Shown here: positions 8,623 through 18,384 of the stretch, in pieces
Layout: each line of letters starts with the position of its first letter
Numbering within the stretch: position 1 is the stretch's first letter
The notes under the pieces: model-generated
Database searches by the model: none
The model's input: the letters and a program-made list of their open reading frames with translations, nothing else
Told to the model about the DNA's origin: nothing
Translations under genes and position numbers: made by a program
From: an uncultured archaeon
GTDB taxonomy: Archaea > Asgardarchaeota > Lokiarchaeia > Sigyniarchaeales > SOKP01
Direction of reading: 5' to 3'
Assembly: GCA_964508365.1 (NCBI GenBank)
Contig: CAZDTP010000003.1
Coordinates: 27,559 to 91,558 of the forward strand
Length of the DNA stretch: 64,000 bases

Positions 8623-10167
8623 TTATAATTCAAAAACGCTTGTAATTCCTATTTCTGAAATAGTTTCTAGAGTTGGCTTAAATTTTGATTTAAAAATTCT
8701 CCAATAATACAATTCTTCCTTAGATCTCACTGAAAAATCTGGTGTGATTTGTTTCTCATCATTGAACTCGGTATCAGATATAATTTTATTTAACTGATCT
8801 CTTAAAATGAATTGAGACCCTGCACCATCCGAAAACTTTTGCTTTTTCCTCCAAATAAATTTTTCAGGCATCTCGTTTTCAAATGCTTTCCTTAGGATCC
8901 ATTTTTTTGCTATCCCAACATTATTTTTCCTAAAAATTTTTAATTCGGAGGGTATCTTAAATGAAAATTCGGCTAATCTATGGTCGAATAAAGGGGCTCT
9001 AGCTTCGATGGAAAAGAAGTAAGGAATACGATCAACCCGTTGTAATCCTGTCTTATGCTCTACTTCTAACAAGTTTAAAAGTTCTTGATTCAATGACTCT
9101 TTGGACTCTAAATTGCCTAAATAGGAATATCCCCCAAAAAGTTCATCTCCCCCTTCTCCTGTAAGAAGAACGCATTCTCCTTGGTCTTCTTTAATTTTTT
9201 TTGAAATTAAAAACATAGGGACAGAACTTCTTATCAAAGCTGCATCAAATGTTTCAAGTGCAAATATTACATCCGGTAAACATTCAATCATATCCTTTAG
9301 ATTTACTTCAACAACAGTATGATTTAAATTATACAATTTAGCAAATTTTTTAGACATAAATATGTCTTTTGACCCTTCAACTCCAACGGTGTAAACATTT
9401 AAATCTTCGGTTAAATCCTTGGCAATGTAAGTAACTATTGAAGAATCTAATCCTCCGCTTAACAAAGTACATATTTTCTCCCCCTCCTGAATGTTATCTG
9501 CTACAATTAATTTCACTAATCTATTTAATTCGACCGTATAATTAAATATGATCTGACTTGTTAGTTTGTATTTCTTGATAAACTCTGGATAGTGATAAAA
9601 TTTCGCAGTTTTTCCCGAAGAATATCTTGCTCTTCCAGGTTTAATAGGGCTAATTTTATTGCCTAAAGAAGTAAGAGCTTTAAGTTCAGAAGAACAGATA
9701 AAGTAATCACTATTCTCACAATAATATAAGGGTTTTCCGCCTATTGGATCCTTAAAACCAATTAATTCATCTCCATTAAAAATAACTCCACTAAAAGAAC
9801 CCACTAATTGATTAAGAATTTCAATCCCACATTTATGATATCCCGCAATTACCCCTTCTAAGTTATTACTTTTATCTTTATCTATATCTTCATAAACATT
9901 TAAATACTTAGCATTAATTTCCATTAAATTATAGATTTGACCATCAATAATAATTAAATCATTCTTATTTCCATCAAAACTGAAATTTAAAGGTTTATTT
10001 GTTTCAATTTCCTTTCTTTGATAAAAAATGATTTCAATAGGAAAGTTTTCATGCTTAAATCTATGATTTGCACCCCGATGTTTCAAAGTAGAGGAGCCTT
10101 TTCTGATTTTGTCTAATAAATCTTTATTCAATTTATTCTTCTTATAAATTGCGAATATCCCTGCCAT
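8623..10167 (-). CDS. asparagine synthetase (AsnB)-like protein lacking the N-terminal nucleophile Cys
   Basis: LLSGGLDSSIVTYIA (PP-loop) and LTGEGGDELFGGY are AsnB synthetase-domain motifs. The Ntn-amidotransferase domain begins MAGIFAIY where MCGI is canonical. The ORF is open up to 10263, but the upstream 32 codons have no homology-like features. Confidence 0.8.
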   Translation of the reverse strand: MAGIFAIYKKNKLNKDLLDKIRKGSSTLKHRGANHRFKHENFPIEIIFYQRKEIETNKPLNFSFDGNKNDLIIIDGQIYNLMEINAKYLNVYEDIDKDKSNNLEGVIAGYHKCGIEILNQLVGSFSGVIFNGDELIGFKDPIGGKPLYYCENSDYFICSSELKALTSLGNKISPIKPGRARYSSGKTAKFYHYPEFIKKYKLTSQIIFNYTVELNRLVKLIVADNIQEGEKICTLLSGGLDSSIVTYIAKDLTEDLNVYTVGVEGSKDIFMSKKFAKLYNLNHTVVEVNLKDMIECLPDVIFALETFDAALIRSSVPMFLISKKIKEDQGECVLLTGEGGDELFGGYSYLGNLESKESLNQELLNLLEVEHKTGLQRVDRIPYFFSIEARAPLFDHRLAEFSFKIPSELKIFRKNNVGIAKKWILRKAFENEMPEKFIWRKKQKFSDGAGSQFILRDQLNKIISDTEFNDEKQITPDFSVRSKEELYYWRIFKSKFKPTLETISEIGITSVFEL

Positions 10168-10932
10168 TTTTAACTCATTTGATTTTAAAATTTTAATTTG
10201 AAAATCTGCCCCGATAAAACGAGTTTGATTATAAGAATGAAAAAAATTACAATCAAACTTCAATTATAACTCTAAAAAAATAATGGGATCAGCTGATTTG
10301 GGGGATAGCTCCTTATTAAATTGTTGGATTGCATCTTTTCAAATCAAAATTTTCTCACTAATATTTGTTTCGAAGCGTGAATGATATCAAGTTTAGGTAA
10401 TTCTTGTATCTTCTTAATGAATTCAACTTGATTTTTGATAGTATTCCAGTTCGAGTTGCTCAATTCAGAAATTTCACTTATTGTATGAAATTTACCATCA
10501 TCTAAAACTCTAAAAATATTTTCTAATATCTGCCATTTGGTTTTCCTGTGTGAAACGCTTACGGAAATATCATTTCACCAATTGATTTAATTTTTATATC
10601 TGTATTAACAGTTTTTCATTATGCAAATAATATTTTTCATTCTATATAAAAGTATATATGTCTATTTAATTTGCATATAAATATAATTCTTTAATAAGGG
10701 TGTTTATTTAATTTATAAATAGATTCTCTCTTATTTAAATGAACATTATATTTATATTACTAAAATTGCTATAATAATATAGTATCAACTATGTATATTT
10801 ATAAATTCACTCATAAAGTGGTGAATATTCCTCTTTTTATATCATATTGATCGGCTTTTGAAAGTCCCTCAAGCCGTTCTTTTGAATAATTGAGATATGA
10901 TAAATTAAAAATTCCGAAAAGGAGGTATTTTT

Positions 10933-12669
10933 ATGGTAAAAATTAATAATATTGGGTTTAAAAAACAAAAAGCAAGAAAAATTTTAACAGCATGTATTGG
11001 TCAATGTGTCCATGTAGCAGGAGTCCATAATTTTATGAAGATAGCAACCGAATTAGGGTTTGAATGTTTATTTTTAGGCCCTGCGACACCGGTTTCTGTG
11101 ATTATTAATAAATTAAAAACATTTGGACCTAACATTTTAGGACTTAGTTATCGGTTAACGCCCTCTACTCTTAGACCAATACTTCAAGAATTTAAAGAAA
11201 ATTATAAAGAACTGAAAGAAAAACCTCAGAAACTTTTGTTTGCTGGTACTACTGAAGTAGTTAAAGTTGCTAAAGAGAGTAATCTTTTTCAAGAATTTTT
11301 TACTGGGGGAGAATCAAAACATAAAATAATATCCATTTTAAGAAATGATTTATCTGCTTATAAGGAAGATTATATAATTCCTGAAGATTTAATTTCACGA
11401 ATAAAATGGAAAAGTCCATTTCCCGTATTAAGAGCACATTTTGGATTACCTACTTTAAAGGATACTTTAAAGGGAATAAAGAAAATAGCGGACTCAGAGG
11501 TTTTAGATATCATCTCAATTGCTCCTGATCAAAATACTCAAGCTAATTTTTTCCATCCTAAGGATCAAGTTAAAGAATTATCTGGAGCAGGAGGGGTTCC
11601 TATCAGAGCTAAAGATGATCTTTTCAAGTTACATAACGCAAGATTAACGGGAAACCAACCATTATTACGAATATATGCAGGCACTCGTGATATTATAGAA
11701 TTAGCCGAATTATTCAGGGAAACAATTCAAAATGCTTGGGCCGCTATTCCAATTTTTTGGTTTAACCAGATGGATGGTCGTGGACCTTTGACCTTAAAAG
11801 AATCAATTAAACAACATTTAGAAGCAATAAAATGGCACGCTAAAAATAATATTCCCGTTGAGATCAATGATTCTCACCATTGGAGCTTAAGAGATGCCCC
11901 AGATTCCATTGCAGTAGCAGACATGTATCTTTGCGGGATGATCGCTAAAAAGTTAGGGGTAAAACACTTTATAGCACAATTTATGTTCAACACGCCACCT
12001 TCAAGCTCACTAAATATGGATTTAGCTAAGATACTCGCAAAAAATGAACTACTTCATTCTTTAACAGACAAAAACTTTTCGGTGATAAAACAAGTAAGGG
12101 CTGGATTAGCTAGTTTTCCAATAGATTCAGACAAAGCTAAGGGTCAATTGGCATTAGCAACAATGGTTCAATTAACATTAAAACCAGATATCGTTCATGT
12201 CGTAAGTTACTCGGAAGCTAATAATGCTGCTCTTCCAGAAGATGTAATTGAGAGTTGTAAAATAGTGGATCAAGTCATAAATAGAATGTATTCAAGCGAA
12301 ATTGACATGATTGATAGTCAAATACTAAAAAGAAAAGAAGAATTAATTAAACAAGCAAAATGGATAATTAATTTAATACCTTCTCTAGCTAAAAACAAAA
12401 AAGAGGTTAAAAATCCATATATTAATTCTAATGTTTTAAATCGTCTTGTGAAATATGGGATATTTGATGCGCCACATTTAAAAAATAACGATTATGCTTT
12501 AGGTAAAATTAAAACTAAAATAATTGATGGCGCATGCTACTCTTGGGATGATTTAAGGCAAAAAAGATATAATGAAATACAAAGAATTACAGATGGTGTC
12601 TCTGATCTGCCTGATATTATATTACCTAATATGTTAAAACAAAAAATCTCTCTTTTAGGTGATATATAA
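10933..12669 (+). CDS. B12-binding-domain-like N-terminus fused to a large uncharacterised domain
   Basis: The first ~130 aa (ILTACIGQCVHVAGVHNF...ILGLSYRLT...LLFAGT) resemble a cobalamin-binding Rossmann domain with CVHVAG in place of DxHxxG. I do not recognise the remaining ~440 aa. The stop abuts the next gene's start (TAAATG). Confidence 0.4.
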   Translation: MVKINNIGFKKQKARKILTACIGQCVHVAGVHNFMKIATELGFECLFLGPATPVSVIINKLKTFGPNILGLSYRLTPSTLRPILQEFKENYKELKEKPQKLLFAGTTEVVKVAKESNLFQEFFTGGESKHKIISILRNDLSAYKEDYIIPEDLISRIKWKSPFPVLRAHFGLPTLKDTLKGIKKIADSEVLDIISIAPDQNTQANFFHPKDQVKELSGAGGVPIRAKDDLFKLHNARLTGNQPLLRIYAGTRDIIELAELFRETIQNAWAAIPIFWFNQMDGRGPLTLKESIKQHLEAIKWHAKNNIPVEINDSHHWSLRDAPDSIAVADMYLCGMIAKKLGVKHFIAQFMFNTPPSSSLNMDLAKILAKNELLHSLTDKNFSVIKQVRAGLASFPIDSDKAKGQLALATMVQLTLKPDIVHVVSYSEANNAALPEDVIESCKIVDQVINRMYSSEIDMIDSQILKRKEELIKQAKWIINLIPSLAKNKKEVKNPYINSNVLNRLVKYGIFDAPHLKNNDYALGKIKTKIIDGACYSWDDLRQKRYNEIQRITDGVSDLPDIILPNMLKQKISLLGDI

Positions 12670-13779
12670 ATGAATTTTTGTGTAATAGGAGCAGGAAATG
12701 GTGGTCGTGCATTCGCGGCATACCTATCTTCCAAAGGATATCAAGTGAATCTTTATAATCGTTCTTTTTCAAGAATTATTGATATAAAGAAGAAAGGGGG
12801 AGTTAAGGCATCTGGAGAAATAAAAGGTAAATTCCCATGTAATTTAGTTACACAGGATTTAGAAAAAGCAGTAAAAAATGTTGATGTTATATTAATAGTT
12901 GTCCCCGCTTCAGCACATAAAGGCATTGCTGAAAAAATTATACGGTATCTCTCTCATGATCAAATAATATTATTAAATCCTGGAAGAACTTTTGGTGCTG
13001 TTGAATTTCGAAAAATTATTGATAAGAAAGGTAGACCCTTTCCCATTTTTATTGCTGAAATTCAAACGCTACTTTTTACTTCAAGACAACTAAAAAAAAA
13101 TAGAGTAGAAGTCCTTAAAATTAAAAATCTTGTCGATTTTTCTGCTTTTCCTGAAAAAGATACTTCTTTTGTGTATGATACATTAAAAGGAGTATTTCCT
13201 CAATTAAATCCTGTAGATGATTATCTTGAAATGACATTGAATAATATTGGAATGTTAATGCATCCAATCATTTCACTACTAAATGCTGGTGCAATGGAAT
13301 ATGGAAAAGCTTTTAAATTTTATGCAGAGGGTGCAACTCCTCGCACTTGTAAGATTCTTGAATTTATTCAGAATGAAATTAATAAAATCTTTAATGTTTT
13401 AGGGTTAAAAGAATTTAGATTTTGTAATTGGGCAAATAAATCATATGGGGTTCGAAAGAAATGCATCCATGATGCAATTCATAATATAGGAGCATATGAA
13501 AATATAGTAGCACCAAAGAACTTAATTACAAGATATTTCACTGAAGATGTACCTACAGGTTTAGTACCAATTTCGTCTATAGCTAAGTTCTTGGGCATTG
13601 AAACACCCATAATTGATTCTGTGATTAATCTTTCTTCAATATTATGTGGAATAGATTTTAGAAGTGAAGGAAGAACCTTAAAAGGATTGGATCTCGAAAA
13701 ATTTATTCAAAATAGAATCAAAATTGAGGAATTTATAAATTTAGGAACAAAACAGAAAATTCCTACCAAGAGTATCTAG
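12670..13779 (+). CDS. NAD(P)-dependent opine (octopine/nopaline) dehydrogenase family protein
   Basis: N-terminal dinucleotide fold FCVIGAGNGGRAFAAYLSSKGYQV. The C-terminal family motif YFTEDVPTGLVPISSIAKFLGIETPIIDSVI is present. Confidence 0.7.
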   Translation: MNFCVIGAGNGGRAFAAYLSSKGYQVNLYNRSFSRIIDIKKKGGVKASGEIKGKFPCNLVTQDLEKAVKNVDVILIVVPASAHKGIAEKIIRYLSHDQIILLNPGRTFGAVEFRKIIDKKGRPFPIFIAEIQTLLFTSRQLKKNRVEVLKIKNLVDFSAFPEKDTSFVYDTLKGVFPQLNPVDDYLEMTLNNIGMLMHPIISLLNAGAMEYGKAFKFYAEGATPRTCKILEFIQNEINKIFNVLGLKEFRFCNWANKSYGVRKKCIHDAIHNIGAYENIVAPKNLITRYFTEDVPTGLVPISSIAKFLGIETPIIDSVINLSSILCGIDFRSEGRTLKGLDLEKFIQNRIKIEEFINLGTKQKIPTKSI

Positions 13780-13832
13780 ACTCTCTGAGTGATAGGGATA
13801 TGATCTTAGAATTTAATATAAATAAAAAAACA

Positions 13833-14828
13833 TTATTTAATATAACCATTTTCTCTGAACCAGTTAATTGCCTTCTCAATAGTTTTTTTGATGGGTGTCT
13901 GTTTTAACCCCAATTCATTTACAGCCTTAGAACAATCAAAATGTTCCCCCATCTTTCCTAAGCGTACCTGAGACACCGAAACTATAGGGGGATTTTTCGT
14001 AATACGGGCTCCTACCTGAAATAAGTATCCTAAAAATAGTGCTACTTTATAGGGAATCTTCCGCTTTGGTGGTTTGACTCCTGCTATTTCAGCAATTAAA
14101 TTAAAAAAATCTCCAACAAACAAATTTTCATTGCCGAAGAGATACCTCTCACCAATTCTTCCTTTCTGAGCTGCCAGAATTTGTCCGCGTGCCACATCTT
14201 CAACATCAATAACATTAATAGCTCCTTCAATATACCCTGGCATGGCTCCATTAGCAATATCGACAAGTAGTGCCCCAGAAGGTGTGGGTTTACAATCTCT
14301 CACCCCAATGACTAAAGTTGGATTTACTATTACTAAAGGAAGTCCTTTTTCGCAAATTTTTTTTGCTTCAATCTCAGCAAGGTACTTTGAGATTGCATAA
14401 TGGTCCCCTGCCTCCCATCCATTGAATTCAGCATCCTCTTTCACAAAGTTTCCAGCTCCATGAGATCCTATCGTATTAGAAGTGCTAGTATAAACAACTT
14501 TTTTTAATCCTTGAGAAAGTGCTTCCTCAAGAAGAGTTCTGGTCCCCTCGACATTTATATCATAAAATAATTTTTTATTAGGTGCCCAATGGGCAAATAA
14601 AGCAGCAACATGATAAAGTGTATCGCATCCCTTTAGTGCTATTATTACGGATTCCTTATCCCGAATATCACAATAGACCTTCTCCACATCTAGATCATCA
14701 ATATTTCGAGTATCACTATCCTTTCTAATAGTAACCCTTACATCTGTGCCGTCTTTAATCAGCTCTCTTACAACATTTGAACCCATAAAACCATTTGCGC
14801 CCGTAACTAATACTGTTATTTTAATCAC
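13833..14828 (-). CDS. NAD-dependent epimerase/dehydratase (extended SDR, dihydroflavonol-reductase-like)
   Basis: VLVTGANGFMGSNVVREL (TGxxGxxG). YAISKYLAE is the catalytic YxxxK. 331 aa. Confidence 0.8.
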   Translation of the reverse strand: MIKITVLVTGANGFMGSNVVRELIKDGTDVRVTIRKDSDTRNIDDLDVEKVYCDIRDKESVIIALKGCDTLYHVAALFAHWAPNKKLFYDINVEGTRTLLEEALSQGLKKVVYTSTSNTIGSHGAGNFVKEDAEFNGWEAGDHYAISKYLAEIEAKKICEKGLPLVIVNPTLVIGVRDCKPTPSGALLVDIANGAMPGYIEGAINVIDVEDVARGQILAAQKGRIGERYLFGNENLFVGDFFNLIAEIAGVKPPKRKIPYKVALFLGYLFQVGARITKNPPIVSVSQVRLGKMGEHFDCSKAVNELGLKQTPIKKTIEKAINWFRENGYIK

Positions 14829-15273
14829 CTTGTAAAATAATATTAATCTAAAAAAATCTTTCTACTATATATATTTTATAGACTAAGAATTCAATATCTT
14901 GTACTAAGACTAAAACTCCACTTTCAGCAAAATCTATTCATATAGAGAAGTCTTTGCTCTTAAAGCCGTCTAAAGACAATTACAAATAACAATGTAAGAT
15001 AATTTTTTTCATAATTATTTGTGTGTAAAATTAATACAAATTTAGATTCTTTTTTTTTCCCTTTTAAGAAATTAAGTTAAAAATATAACAATATATAATT
15101 AATGATAAATTAAATTATTAAAACTTAGAGTTTTGGTTTCACATTTCTTTATATCAAAATCAATAATCGTTGTTTTGGGAGAAATTTTTTGACTAATTAA
15201 CTAAAACTAAAAGGTTTAAATAAGTAGAATCTTTATTTTCAATTGGGAAACAAAAATTAAAATTAAAAAAAAA

Positions 15274-15585
15274 ATGCCATTCCAACCACGTCACCATAGA
15301 CCTCCTATACATCGTATAGCAAGTCAAAAAATAGGAACTCGACTCACAAAATGTCTAACTGAGTGCGAAAGCGGAGAGGAAGTTATCGTATTAAGGGTAA
15401 ATGCTGGATATGGGGCAAAGACACGTCTTGCTAATTTAGGAATTGTTCCTGGAGTAAAAGTTAAAAAAACGAAAAATGCTCCTTTTCGAGGACCAATAGA
15501 AATAAAAGTTAAAGGCTCATCCTTAGTCCTTGGTAGAGGTTTAGCATCTAAAATATTAGTAAGTTGTAACAATTCTTATACTTAA
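15274..15585 (+). CDS. feoA: ferrous iron transport protein A (FeoA domain)
   Basis: The SH3-like FeoA pattern GEEVIVLRVNAGYGAKTRLANLGIVPGVKVKK...LVLGRGLASKILV is present, directly upstream of feoB. Confidence 0.8.
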   Translation: MPFQPRHHRPPIHRIASQKIGTRLTKCLTECESGEEVIVLRVNAGYGAKTRLANLGIVPGVKVKKTKNAPFRGPIEIKVKGSSLVLGRGLASKILVSCNNSYT

Positions 15586-15670
15586 TAATCGCGTTATAAG
15601 ATTAAATTGGATTAATTTTATAAAAATTTCTAAGAGGAATTCATTAAAAAAAGATGGGTTGTTTTAATAA

Positions 15671-17809
15671 ATGAGTGATCACAGGCCAGATATTAAACTA
15701 AAGAACAAAGGGATGTATAAGGATACAATTAATATCGCTTTAGCAGGAAATCCAAATGTAGGAAAATCAGTTATTTTTAACCAACTTACTGGGTTAAGCC
15801 AAACCATAGGGAACTGGCCCGGTAAAACAGTTGAAAGAATGGAAGGCTATCTTAATTTTTTAGGATATCGTTTTAATATCGTTGATTTACCGGGTATTTA
15901 TTCTCTTTCTACCTACTCCTTAGAGGAAATAGTAAGTAGAGAATATATTGTTTCTGATGAGGTTGATGTTATTATAAATGTAGTTGATGCCACAAATTTA
16001 GAACGAAATTTATTTTTTACGTTTCAGTTATTAGAATTAGAAGTTCCATTAATTATTGCAATTAACCAAATGGATATTTTAAGAAGTAGGAATATAGAAA
16101 TTGATTTTAAAGCTCTGGAGAATATTTTTAAATTGCCTGTACTCCCTGTAGTTGCTGTACATGGTATAGGTGTCCATCAACTGTTAGAAGAAGCTATTGA
16201 AATGGTCGTTTTTCAGCATCCCCATACTCATTTCAACGAAAAAACCCGAGATGAGTACGACCATCATTCTCATAATTATTATCGAACAGAACATATTCAC
16301 GACAAAGTAAAAGTAAATAGTAAAGGGAAAAATAACTTTAAATTTCCTGATTTATCTAAAGTGCTCACCTTTGGGAAAGAAGTTGAGTCGTGTATTGGCA
16401 AATTAATCATGGAGATTAATAATAATCAACTATCTTCTGCTCTAATTAAATACCCACCAAGGTTTTTAGCAATAAAGTTATTGGAAAATGATGAAGAAAT
16501 TAAAAGTAGTATTACAAATAAAGAAATTATAAAAATTGCCGATGAGTTTAGAAATCAATTAGAAGTTATTCATGGAGAAGATGTTCATACAATAATGTCG
16601 TCAGAGATTTACAATAAAATTCATGACATAAGCGATAAAGTTTTAATAATAAAACCACATAAAGGAAAAAAGAAAGTCAGTCTCGCTGATGTAATCGATC
16701 ATCTTACTACTCATTCAATCTTAGGTTATTTTATTTTAGTTGCTGTACTATTTGGTATATATATCTTTACTTTTTCTTTTGGAAATTTTTTTAGTGGATT
16801 AATAGATGAGCTATATACGCTATGGAGTGAATTTATTTACAATTCTTTTGGAGAAGAAAATTTAATAGTTAAGATATTTTGGGATGGCGGGTTGGGAGGA
16901 TTTCTAGGCGGTATAGGCGGCGTTTTAGTATATGTCATACCTTTCTTTTTTGTAATTGAAATTCTACAAGACTCGGGTTATTTACCAAGAGCAGCGTTTT
17001 TAATGGATAAGATAATGCACTCACTCGGAGTCCATGGAAAAACCATTATTCCAATGATTTTAGGATTTGGGTGTAATGTTCCAGCATGTGCTGGGTGCAG
17101 AATAATGGAAACAGAACGAGAAAAAAAAATATCTGTCGCATTAACATCGCTAGTACCTTGTGCTGCCGTTATGACAGTTGTGTTAGGATTGGTAGGGAGA
17201 TATTTGGGATTTTTTTGGGTAATGATTTTGTTTTTAATAAACTTTGGTGTTATTTTTTTAATAGGTCGAATTCTAAATAAAGTAATGCCTGGTGAATGCA
17301 CAGAACTTATAATGGAAATGCATGAATACAGGATGCCAAATTCTAAAGTTATTCTTAAACAAACCTGGCTTAGAACTAAAGAATTTATTTACAAGGCTTT
17401 ACCAATAATAATCGTTTTTGGTATTCTTTTAGAAATATTATTAATATTCAACGCTTTAGAGCCAATAAATGTTGTTTTAAGTCCTGTCACAGTATTATGG
17501 TTAGGGCTACCTGCTATAACTGGCGTGTTCTTAATATATGGAATTTTAAGGAAAGAGTTAACCTTAGTTCTCTTATCGATTTTAGCTAATTCTTTAAATG
17601 TTACCCTTTTAGAATTACTTACTCCAATTCAGATGATTGTATTTTGTCTGGTTAGCATGCTTTATATTCCGTGTTTTGCAACAATCATAATTATTGCAAA
17701 ACAAACGAACTGGAAATATGCTGCTCAAATCTCATTTCTAGAGATAGGATTAGCCCTATTTATAGGTGGAATTATCAATCTTGGATTTCTAATATTAACA
17801 AGCTTTTAA
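15671..17809 (+). CDS. feoB: ferrous iron transporter FeoB
   Basis: The N-terminal G domain has IALAGNPNVGKS (G1), DLPG (G3) and NQMD (G4). A polytopic membrane domain follows. 712 aa. Confidence 0.9.
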   Translation: MSDHRPDIKLKNKGMYKDTINIALAGNPNVGKSVIFNQLTGLSQTIGNWPGKTVERMEGYLNFLGYRFNIVDLPGIYSLSTYSLEEIVSREYIVSDEVDVIINVVDATNLERNLFFTFQLLELEVPLIIAINQMDILRSRNIEIDFKALENIFKLPVLPVVAVHGIGVHQLLEEAIEMVVFQHPHTHFNEKTRDEYDHHSHNYYRTEHIHDKVKVNSKGKNNFKFPDLSKVLTFGKEVESCIGKLIMEINNNQLSSALIKYPPRFLAIKLLENDEEIKSSITNKEIIKIADEFRNQLEVIHGEDVHTIMSSEIYNKIHDISDKVLIIKPHKGKKKVSLADVIDHLTTHSILGYFILVAVLFGIYIFTFSFGNFFSGLIDELYTLWSEFIYNSFGEENLIVKIFWDGGLGGFLGGIGGVLVYVIPFFFVIEILQDSGYLPRAAFLMDKIMHSLGVHGKTIIPMILGFGCNVPACAGCRIMETEREKKISVALTSLVPCAAVMTVVLGLVGRYLGFFWVMILFLINFGVIFLIGRILNKVMPGECTELIMEMHEYRMPNSKVILKQTWLRTKEFIYKALPIIIVFGILLEILLIFNALEPINVVLSPVTVLWLGLPAITGVFLIYGILRKELTLVLLSILANSLNVTLLELLTPIQMIVFCLVSMLYIPCFATIIIIAKQTNWKYAAQISFLEIGLALFIGGIINLGFLILTSF

Positions 17810-18384
17810 ATCGATTATTACTACATTCCTAATAATCTTTAATAAAATTGGATATGTCTATATTCTCTCTTATAAATTTAAAACGAAGTATTTCCTTTAG
17901 CACAAAATATTAATTCTTGAAATTAAAGAAAAAGTTATTATTATTAATCATATAATATTCAAAAATGCCAATTAAGAGAGGAAAACATGTTAAATCAAGC
18001 ATACCATTTATCTCATTAGATTATATTTGTATCCCATTTTTTAGATTTAAGGATTATCTTATTAATACCAAGATTTTTAATCTCATTAAATCTTGTATTG
18101 GAAGAAAAAAAATAGAGCAAAATTTTTTAAAAGAGTTCGTTTTTATATAATTTCAATAACAAATTTTTAACTTAATGAAACAAAATAAAATTTGAATGAA
18201 ATTTTAAGTTAACTGATTAAGAATTAGATGAGATATAACAAAACAATTGACTTATTAAGAGGGATTAATCCCTGTGTTAATCTTTTTGATAACCTAATTA
18301 AATCATTAACAGCATCATTCAAGTTAAAATATCTTTATTTTCTTCAGAATTTATCTAAATTAAAATATCAAGTATAAAATAATA

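Noticed and set aside
12537-12734. A 65-aa minus-strand ORF spanning the junction between the B12-like and opine-DH genes.
   Set aside because: It overlaps two well-supported plus-strand genes that abut as TAAATG. It has no motif.
18260-18273. A perfect 14-bp palindrome AGGGATTAATCCCT, followed by a short T-run, ~110 nt upstream of the MTase-ATP-grasp gene.
   Set aside because: It could be an operator or a hairpin. However, it is a single short palindrome in AT-rich DNA, has no second copy in the window and is 450 nt from the nearest upstream gene end. The evidence is insufficient for a feature call.
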